Shown here: piece after piece, positions 1-9,508 of the stretch | Layout of the letters: each line of letters begins with the position of its first letter | Position numbering within the stretch: position 1 is the stretch's first letter | Source of the DNA: Moniliella sp. 'wahieum' | Taxonomy: Eukaryota | Assembly: GCA_003971905.1 (NCBI GenBank) | Contig: RSEE01000145.1 | Coordinates: forward strand, 106,358 to 126,357 | Direction: 5' to 3' | DNA: 20,000 bases | The notes under the pieces: generated by a model | Database searches by the model: none | The model's input: only the letters and a program-made list of their open reading frames with translations | What the model was told of the DNA's origin: nothing | Translations under genes and position numbers: made by a program

Positions 1-1603
1 CCCAGAACTCGCTCCCAACCCCAGCCAAATGAGCTAGGGACTTGGGTTGTATACCGTGTCCCTATAGTGGCAATCAACCCTAAGCATTCGTAGCGATGAT
101 AGTCCCTCCTTTCCTAGTCATATTTGTGGTTCTTCCCCACGTTTGGTCCCTGTCGGATGGCGCACAACTGGTCCATTTTTCATCGTTACTTGCCTGGAAA
201 TGTTTGCTTTGTGGTGACTGTGCTCCCCAGTTTAGCCCTCTTGATGATCTCAGCCTCGTCAACAGCCGAGTTCGGTCGGAGCATCTCAAAGCGGACTGCT
301 CCAACCATTGAAAACGTTGTCCCAATTGTAGCAACGTGGCCGTTTTGGATTCGTACATTCGCGGTGCGGTAGTAGGTATTCGAGGCCGGTCCACGGCACT
401 TCTATACTTGAGACATTGCAAAGAGAGACAACGAAGGACGCAGAGGCATCTCGAAAGCTTTTTGGTCTCATAAACCGTGGGAGGGAGCGCATAGTCCCCC
501 ACAGAGGAAATTTGGCCGACGTCTGGTGAAATTGGGCATCACTGATGTGGGAACATCCCGCCTGGACCCGTGGTCCACACCCAGTTATCCACCTCCAAAA
601 GGATTGAAGCATCAGACGCGATCAGAACGTGCAGGTGAAGACGTGAGCCTGCGTAAGCCGGTGCCGTGCTCCCCTTCGAACTCGTTGAGTTTTCTGATAG
701 GCCATGGGATGTCAAATAATTCTTCCAGAGCGGAACGGACGGACGGAGACACATATTCACCGCAGAACTGTGGGATGCCTGGACATCAAATGAATTAGGC
801 GGGATGATGAGCTGGACTCGCCTTTAAATACTACAGTGTCATCACACGGGCGGCAGTGGGTTCAGACAAGGAGATGAGACTGAACCGACTCCCACAAGAA
901 CCACATTGATCTCACCCTGGAATTATTGTTTATGCTGAGACCTAATGGCTAGTAAGTGCCGAAAGTTTTGACACCGTGGACCTCATAAAATAAAGGATCT
1001 GATATTGGCGAGTTTAGGGGCAACATGCCGGTCGTTCAAATCTCAGAGCTCAAAAATGGATCCGTATGCAACCTTATCACACAAGCCGCCCCCTTTGATG
1101 GTACACTCAGTCAGTAGCATTCCCGTCCACCTTTATCAACAAGCTCAAGCAAGAAACTGGGGTATCGACCTTGATTCTGATCTCCATGGTGTACCTCTTA
1201 AACCCAAATGGGGGCATCCAGATTGGTGTTCGCCCATCACGGAATGATTTTTCCGCAGAAATGAGCCCAACTTTGTCTTGGCCTTCCACCTTGTGATTGC
1301 TACAGTGCCATTGTTTGAGGTATGGGGGGGAGGGGGGTTGACGGTTCCCCAACATGCTCGGCCTAAACATAAATGCTAGCAAGAGATGGAAAAAGGCTTG
1401 AGGTACCCATATCTATGTCTCCTCTTTTTTGTCTCCTCTTTTTTGTTGTCGGCACCATCAAACCAGCGGAAGAGAGAAATTGTTTGAGTGTCGAAAGCTG
1501 AGTGGGAATGAGAAACCAATTTATCAAACACACAGGCAGCACTCAATATCCAGCAATCCCTGATATATTAGAAATGTCATAGGTCAGACTTTGGCTATTC
1601 ACT

Positions 1604-2196
1604 ATGATTCCGGCATGGCGTGCTATAAGAGGGGCTATCGTACCAGGAACAGCGAAAACACTCGAGAGAACCAGTCCAATTAATGCCGGTTTTGAGGTAT
1701 GCATATCAAAAAGGAAGCGTGAAAGGAAGCCTTAATTAAGGCCGCAAGGCTTCACAGGCTTTGCCTGTTTTGTCATCGTTTCTCGTGAGCCGCAGTATTA
1801 GAACTATCAGCTGTTTTGTTCAACGTTTATGAATAGTGGGAATGCTATTACCCCGTTCACGAAGAACAAAATGAAAACAACAGAGACTGTAAGAGCAATG
1901 TCCTTCAATATTCCCATATGCGCAACTTCTTCCACGTACTCAATCGCGAATGTGGTGCAGTTGCTGCTCATAAGTCCTCTCACGAACGTCATGCATGTAC
2001 ATTTACTCCAGGTGGACATGTTAGTAATCGCGGGGGGCATTAATGGAATTGCGGCGAGGGCAGAGGAATCACAACACGTCGATACAAATGTTGATGTCTT
2101 CCCAAGGATCTGAGACTTTGAGTCACGCTAACGCCCTGTTTTCAGCTCCATTGCATTTTCGCATCTGCCTTCTGGACCTTCACTGGAGGGCAACTC
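1604..2196 (+). other. Possible small multi-exon gene or gene relic of unknown function
   Basis: ATG at 1604 and GT-AG intron candidates 1697-1757 (GTATGC..CAG), 1785-1836 (GTGAGC..TAG) and 1889-1960 (GTAAGA..CAG) keep one frame open (MIPAWRAIRG...ALPVLSSFL WECYYPVHEEQNENNRD FAAHKSSHERH...). A further exon-like segment 2146-2196 is flanked by GCTAAC..TTTTCAG and GTAAGC. No recognisable homology. Confidence 0.25.
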
Positions 2197-2690
2197 GTAA
2201 GCGAACGATAGTTCCTAATCATACCCAAAAATAATAAGATCCTCATCTCTGTTTATCCCTCAAAGGAGTTCAGTGCCCAGTTCATCCATCGGGGGTACAC
2301 ATTTACGAGACATGATGATAATATTAGGTTACATTAAGGTCCCCTTCATGGTAGCCGCTCTTGCACAGCGTCTGCTATGTGTAGCCATTTACCACCTGTC
2401 AACATCTGTCCACAGAAAATCAATAAGGCGCTACACTCATTATGCTTCAACACCAGGTAACCAGTCTTGAGATGCAACCGTTTACTGCTCGATTCGAAGA
2501 GACGCATACCCATAGCACATTTTAACCAATTGGACTTGGATTTGTCAAACATGAAAAGAATAAAGTAGCGAGTAACTTGTGTCATGGATGCCTAATCGAG
2601 TTGAAAGCATTTGGGTTTTTCTATTTATCTTCAAAGTGACACCAGACACCGCACTTGTAGGTCACTAATGACTCGCTTGTTTTTGTTTAA

Positions 2691-2984
2691 CTAGAGGACC
2701 ACCGGGCCTACGGCCCGGTCAGCTGGGGCTTCGCCCCAGCTTGGTGCTTGGTGCACCGTCGCCACCTTAGCCACCGTTCCCCCTTCGCCACCTTAGCCAG
2801 CGGTCCACCTCCGGTCCACCTTCGCCACCGTAGCCACCGTTCCACGCTGGAGGGGCGAATTTTGTCACCCATGTGCATCGGCCTGGCTGCGCCGGCCAGG
2901 AACGTGACGGGTGGCATGCTGATGGACAAATTTACGAACGGGGAAAGAAACACACGTTCCAATTTTATTAAGAGTGAAATGTGA
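2691..2984 (-). mobile_element. Non-autonomous mini-Helitron (294 bp)
   Basis: On the minus strand it begins TC (2984-2983) after an A, with an AT-rich start (TCACATTTCACTCTTAATAAAATT), and ends CTAG (2694-2691) before a T, i.e. an A|T insertion with no TSD. A GC-rich hairpin ACCGGGCC-GTA-GGCCCGGT (2719-2701) lies 10 nt from the 3' end, and a second hairpin AGCTGGGGC-GAA-GCCCCAGCT lies at 2741-2721. The 3' end is well supported; the 5' boundary is the best candidate only. Confidence 0.75.
2761..2843 (+). repeat. Degenerate internal repeats inside the Helitron
   Basis: Three imperfect ~20-nt copies: GCCACCTTAGCCACCGTTCC (2761), GCCACCTTAGCCAGCGGTCC (2787), GCCACCGTAGCCACCGTTCC (2824). Confidence 0.85.
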
Positions 2985-5900
2985 TGAAGTTGTTTGCCCA
3001 TTCGTGCTAGAGTCCGGCTAGGAACGCTACGGGCAGCACGAAATGAGCTTCAAGGCGTACGAGAAGCAGGGCAGTCAGCCACAAGTCCTTCAAGCAAGCT
3101 GAAGGGAAGAAGACAAGAGCCAAGCAAGTAAGTCGGAACAGACAAAGGTGTGGCGCAGACCGCGCAAGGGAAGAACCCGAACCAGCGAGCATCACCATAC
3201 GATACATGGAGAGAGTGTAGGTGAACCCTAGCACTACCCTCTAGCAATTCGGTGCGTTTGTGCATTTTCCACTGCAAACACCAAATCATAGTCATGTGAG
3301 CACATGGTACTGAATACTTTACCCAATAATAATACTCCAAGGTCACGGGAGCCCCCCGGTCGGTTGAAGTCATGGAGCACTTTTCATTCTCCCTATGCGC
3401 CACGGATAAAGGCGGATTTTGATTGATCTTTTATTCATTGTTGTCGCAGTGTCAGCGGTGCTGCAAGAAGATTAAGTCAACACTTGCAAACGTGATCTCC
3501 TTTCAATATTAGTTGGACTGCGCAGCCAGCTGAGATTGGGGGTGGCAAAATAACATCACATTTCCTACAATGATCCTGAGGATCTACACCCAGAAGAAGA
3601 TAGATGATACCCATTGCCGCTGCAGTGGTAATGGTCACATACGCATTGAATTCATCTGTCCATAATATGAGCACTGTAGGTTGTGCACCATCTCTCGCTG
3701 TTCATTTCTTGACGCCATCCCCCGCCTTCTCCCGGTAAGCTGTGTCAGGTCATCCCATCGGAACAGTGAACCTTCTTAGCACCCGAGCCCCGATGGAAGA
3801 GGGAATCACCACAGGCCCAAGTGAGACAGACAATCAAGCGGATTGCCTAATTGGAGCGCATTTGTGAAAACATAAATGAGTATGGTTATTTTTGGTCGTC
3901 AAATACATGTCACTCTCTCCTGCAAGTGAGCACCTAACTGATCGCATGCCGCCAGTGTAGTACGCAATTTATGGGCACAACAACAGTTGTCTTGTCCACC
4001 CCGCATTGCATAGACACTTTGCTCCGCATATGGTGACTAAATGCTCTGCGCCTCAACTAAAAGCGGGAGTAAAAGGCCCAAACTAAATGTAATGATCAAG
4101 GGCCTGCACCTAGACCCATTTCGATACATTCACACTGGTCTCGATTATCGATGTGACTCTTTTGATCTTATCCTACTTCAGCATTTCGCTCATTGAACCA
4201 TCCTATCTAGAAGACCGAAGCATCGATAATCAATTGCCATCGTCAACATGCGTCCTGAGTACGGTAATCAACCCCACCTATTTCACCCCGTTTATCGAAA
4301 TTGGTAAACCATCGATCAACTTCTGTTGTCAATCTGCCTCTAGACCACCCAATTAGCCTTTGCAGCCTTTCGTTATTCACGAGATTGTATTGCTCGGTGC
4401 TCGAGTCCCCTACAGTTTGGGGTTACTCATTGCAACTCATTTTAACGTCATGGCTTTATGAGAACCTATTTCGTCTCAAACGTCCAACACCTGGCTCAAG
4501 GTCAAGCACTGAGCCCAGAAACTCCTATTGCATTTCTTTTCAAAGAACACAACCCGAAAGTGATGCAACATTCGTGTGACAACTTGGCACCAACTTGGCA
4601 TCTGCGCTTATAGCTGTTACCTATAACCTGGCCATACAACTAGGTCAGGCCTGACCTTGCAGTCAGGTATGCCCGTCGCTACCGTAGTGCCTGGGCACGG
4701 AGGTATTGCTGGTGACCCCAGGTTCAGTGATTATGCCACTGTTGGCAAGGCGATGCGATGACCATATCTAGACTGGTAGCAGCACTGATAATACGGGGCT
4801 ATCGCGGCTTCAGTTCATGCTGTGGATAGCACCGTGTTCATAAACATCCATTGTAGAGGGACGGAGAGAGGCAGGACAAGAGAGAGCCCAATATGTCTTG
4901 GGTTCCTGGGGTCCCAGCGACAAGGATCACATCCGACGCTTTTCATTGCAACTAATAACTACACTGAGGTGCAACAATTGCAGGGATAGGGTAGCCCCCC
5001 ACAAGGTGCATGAAGCCGGAGTTGAGGATGTGGGCCAGCAGTGGAAGAAGCAAAGAGGCGGAGACCAGAGGAGGCCCTCAACTAAGATGATGTTTTGGCT
5101 CTACACTGTGCATAGTTGACGTAGGTGGAGAACCAAAGGATCGTTGTTTTTGGCCTATATACACAGGCGGAGGACTGAAGGGGAAAACCCGCAGTAGAGG
5201 GAGAAAAGCGGGGGGATAGACACGAGCTGCGGAGCTGTCACCATAGGCAACCTAGGCCCTCCCCAATACGGACGATAAGTGTGTAAGAACAGGAAATGTA
5301 CACAGGCAAGAGCCAGCTGTCGTCGCAAAAGGATATTCAGTTGATGGCCGTTCGCAGCCCCGCACACGGTACCACGGCACTCCACGATTGTGTGACTATA
5401 GGTTGGGAGTGGGAGCGAAGAGCTCGGCAAACTATAAACATAGTCTAACCTGATCTGAGAGCTGGATTCCCGAAAGCCACTGAAGACTGCAGGGAGGGGA
5501 CGGTGATTCCCATGGCACTGAGGGCGGACGCTGTGCACAAAAATTGGAGGCAGCTTCAAAATGTAACAGGGGCCGGGTGGTATGCCAGGTGGTATCAAGA
5601 CTGAATGAACGCATCATATCGACCGAGATTCCCATGAGACGTACTACCATCATGTCTGTCCGCAGTGCCAGTATCCGCAGCGTTGCCGCTGACCGCCTCT
5701 CGCTTTGAGTCCCAATGGTCTGCCATGTGTTTGGAAGAGGTGTTTGAAAGAGGTGTGTCTCTGCAGCTTGCGAGGGTCTGCCTCGAGAGATAACCGGACA
5801 ACCCGTACCAATTGAAGGTCTTTGCACCTACATACTAACGAGCCTCAATTGAGAGAGGTTATAGGCTGGCGATGGATCACTTAAATTGTCTAATCTCGAA

Positions 5901-8761
5901 TTACGAAACCTTCTCGAGGTATCAAAATATCGATGGAGGACCCTTTCGCTCCGGCAATATAACCGTGCTCGAATGCGACTGGAGAGAGCAGTTGGAGATC
6001 CTGCGGCACGAGAGCCACCGAAGAGCCTTCCGACACGGGGGTGGGGCATGAATCACACTATGCGAGGATTTGATGATAGTACGCCCACTAAATAGTAGAC
6101 TTGTGGCAGTGGCAGGCGAACAAGGCAGGAGAGATGGGGGGAGGCAGCCCGGAGGCGCAAAAACAGGAGGAGGAGTGGAACAGAGACGGAACGGGGCCAC
6201 CTCGCACAGACTATTCAAGTAAAGTATGCATTGGGGTGGGTCTCTCACCTCAGGGGACTCGCCTCTCCGCGACAGAGTTCGATGGAGAGCGCATAGGTGT
6301 TGGGCGAGAGAAAGAAGAAGTGTTCGGGGTTCGGGCAGGTAAGTTGCGACACAGAAAGGCCCATCATATCCACATCCACACTCCTTTGACACTCCTCCTG
6401 CAGCTGTGCACAACAACCGGATGGATCCAGCTAAGCCGCGTTGTATATATAGTCCCAACGGCCGTCTCGTCTCATAATGATTCCGTCTCGGCAGCGTCGT
6501 ATCCGATAAGTCGAGTGAGATGCTCCAGCTCTTGGTTGTACACGGCGGGAGGGGTGCATTGGCCGTGTCGATGAGTATGCCGCGCGTGCCATCGACGAAC
6601 AGCCATGTCACGCTGGGCGTTCGCACTAGTGGGGTCGAGCACGTACCGCTGCCAGGCAAATTGCATCTCGCCGCGTTGGACATACGCCTTCGACGATTTC
6701 GTCAGGCTGGAAGAACTGTAAGCGATTGCGATCGCGTCCCGAGAGGAGCAAGACGATGAGATGGGACATTAGGTTCTGATCGTCGCGTGCGAGCAAGAGA
6801 TGAAAGCTTGTGCGTGAGCCGCGAGAGCGATGACGGGGTTGACGACGTGCGAATGCGCAGCGAAAGTGGTGAGGTGAATACTACGACCGTCAAACTGCTA
6901 GCCCGCGGCGAGAAAGGGGATAGTCAAGCCCAACGATTGCAGTTGAACGCCGAGGCCCGCATATATATCTCGATGATCGCATTCCACCACATCCGCGCGG
7001 CTCGCCTCGTGAGAGGCACAGATGGCGGGCAAAGGTATCCCTGCTGTGTACGTCCGCCACAGCCAGCCAAGGTCGGATTGTAGCGCCGCGTGAAGGCTCT
7101 GACCTGGAGACACCTAGTCTCTAAACCACAGACGATCAGCGAGTAGTAATCAAGTAACGAGGTGAGCGAGAAAAAGGGGAAGGGGGAAGGAAGGTGGTGG
7201 CGAAGAGGACAGAGCAAGCAGTGGGACAGGAATGTACACGTGGCCTGCTGGCCTGCGCGCGGCAACTCTAGGGTCTAGCTTTCACATCTACGAATCAGGC
7301 AAGGCACCGGTGGGTGACGTGGCAACAGTATCAGAGGCCGCTCATCGATGAGTGTTAGATGATCCGTATACCCATGTAGGGGCTACTATATTAGCCCCTT
7401 GCCAAAAATCCCAGCTTCATTTTTGAACTGATGACGTCCTCCAGCGTGTTGTTGCTCGTTTTCGCCCAACCCATATAGGAAACCAGAGCAGTCGCGAGCA
7501 AACCAGAACCCTCTACTGGTGCCTGGCACATCGGTTTCCAAACGCCGAGTAACGCGCGTGGGTACGAATCACTGCGTGGTAGACATCCGAGTGGTGAACC
7601 ATTTCCCCTGTTGAGACAGTCATTAGTGAATTCTGTGACCCACAGCTGAGTCCATTCCTGATCTTCCAAAGGCTGCAGGCCTGGCACCACTCTCGGTAGT
7701 AGTCAGTCCGCATCGTCTTGCACGCACGCCTCGTCCCATCCGCGTCCTCCGTTGAGGTAGTGGGTGTAATAGCACGCTGATATATGCATGCCAAAGTGAC
7801 CGTCCTTCGTACCTCGGTCGCCTTGGATCCGTCTGACCTTTCTGTGCAGATGAACGGGTCAGCCTCTTTGGCCAGCAGGTCGTCCAGCTTGCCCACCATC
7901 TGCATGGTGCGCAGCAGGTGGCGCAGCTTGTTCTGAGTAGTATGCACGCACCTATTAACGAAACCAAGCCAAAGACAACAGCGGTGGCAAGCCAATAGCG
8001 ACGATTGCGGAACGAGAAATGAATCAACAAGCGGAGAAACGAGGAGAGATGAAGGCGACCGAGGGAGACGCGAGATTGGAAGTGTGGGCGCGTGATCAGC
8101 CACTGATGCATGGGTTATCCGTTCCTACTGAACGTCTAACCATCGATCCCACAGCATTCCGCAGAAACGGGAAAGACGGAGCAGAATCCCCCTCTCCCTG
8201 GGTACGTCTGATCCTGACACCGGGCCCACGTCAATTACCGAAAGCCTTCCCTCAAAAGCACAGCCATTAAGAGGTTCTACCGGCTAATACCCGAAACATA
8301 CATCGTACCACTCCTACTGCCGCCATAGGCCTCTTCCCTCGAGGCCCGTACCACACCCCGTGTTGCGATATACCCCCTTACCATCTTTCAATACCGCTAC
8401 GACTCCAGTCCGGGCCGTTCTCTGTCCCACGCCCTACCTCTCCACGTTGCGTCCGGGCGCAATGACCACCCCATTCCGAACGAAAAAAGTAGATGAGTCC
8501 ACCACTGTGCACGGGGCGGAGTAAGAGGTTTGCGAGACCATTGACCCCTGCAGAGGGCAGACTAATAGCTGAGAGCCGTGAGCCGAGAGGTGCGGTTCAA
8601 ACTGAGGAGTTAGGAGGGCAGTGTGCATGGAGTGGCCCGGAAAGGCATGGAGCCGGCGGGGGGGGGGAGGGACATGGAAGTGTAGTAACTGTGTGTAGAT
8701 GTAGTGCCGCAATTGAGGGAAGATGTGAACGGGAAGATAACCCCATCTGCTGTTTTCCCAG

Positions 8762-9070
8762 TTTCCTTTCCTTTCCTTTCCTTTCCTTTCCTTTCCTTTC
8801 CTTTCCTTCCTTTCCTTTCCTTTCCTTTCCTTTCCTTTCCTTTCCTTTCCTTTCCTTTCCTTTTCCTTTCCTTTCCTTTTCCTTTCCTTTCCTTTCCTTT
8901 CCTTTCCTTCCTTCCTTTCCTTTCTTCCTTTCTTTTTCCTTTCCTTTCCTTTCCTTTCCTTTCCTTTCCTTTCCTTTCCTTTCCTTTTTTCCTTTCCTTT
9001 TTTCCTTTCCTTTTTCCTTTCCTTTTTCCTTTCCTTTCCTTTCCTTTTCCTTTCCTTTCCTTTCCTTTCC
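8762..9070 (+). repeat. (TTTCC)n pentanucleotide microsatellite, ~310 bp polypyrimidine/polypurine tract
   Basis: Directly visible; occasional TTCC/TTTTCC variant units. Confidence 0.98.
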
Positions 9071-9092
9071 ACCCACCCCATCCACCACCTCC

Positions 9093-9176
9093 AACGAAGC
9101 GAAGCGAAACGAAACAAAACGAAACCAACCAAACCAAACCAAACGAAACCAAGTGAAACCGGACCAAAACCAATCC
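9093..9176 (+). repeat. Degenerate A-rich pentamer repeat (AAGCG/AAACG/AAACC)n
   Basis: aacgaagcgaagcgaaacgaaacaaaacgaaaccaaccaaaccaaaccaaacgaaacc... Confidence 0.85.
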
Positions 9177-9193
9177 ACAACCGAGCAAAGTCG

Positions 9194-9330
9194 GACCAAG
9201 ACCAAGACCAAGACCAAGACCAGACCAAGACCAAGACCAAGACCAAGACCAAGACCAAGACCAAGACCAAGACCAAACCAAGACCAAGACCAAGACCAAG
9301 ACCAAGACCAAGACCAAGACCAAGACCAAG
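9194..9330 (+). repeat. (GACCAA)n hexanucleotide microsatellite, ~23 units
   Basis: Directly visible; looser CCAAGC-type repeats follow at ~9414-9488. Confidence 0.97.
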
Positions 9331-9508
9331 GCGGCCCACCCACCGCGCTTCCCTGCGCTCCGCTCTGCGCTCCCTTGACCTGGTACCAAGCCACTCCACT
9401 TCAAGCAAGCTGGCCCAAGCCAAGCCACTCCAAGCCCAGCCAAGCTGACCCAAGCCAAGCTGACCCAAGGACGCAAGCCACCCCAAGCACAGCACACCAA
9501 GGGGGGGC

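Noticed and set aside
1417..1444. 14-bp tandem duplication GTCTCCTCTTTTTT (similar 13-bp duplication near 5727-5756)
   Set aside because: Ordinary local slippage duplications with no supporting context.
5922..6683. 253-aa ORF and neighbouring ORFs at 5155-7265
   Set aside because: No recognisable motif. Some splice-like and promoter-like signals (CACGTG at 7237, pyrimidine tract on the minus strand) exist, but no coherent gene model could be built.
7391..8111. Minus-strand ORFs with faint resemblance to an integrase zinc-binding segment (HHSDVYHAVIRTH)
   Set aside because: No downstream GH or CxxC motif and no DDE core; too weak without an HMM search.
9194..9330. Telomeric repeat or CRISPR-like array
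   Set aside because: The unit GACCAA is not TTAGGG-like and is interstitial; there are no unique spacers and the context is eukaryotic.
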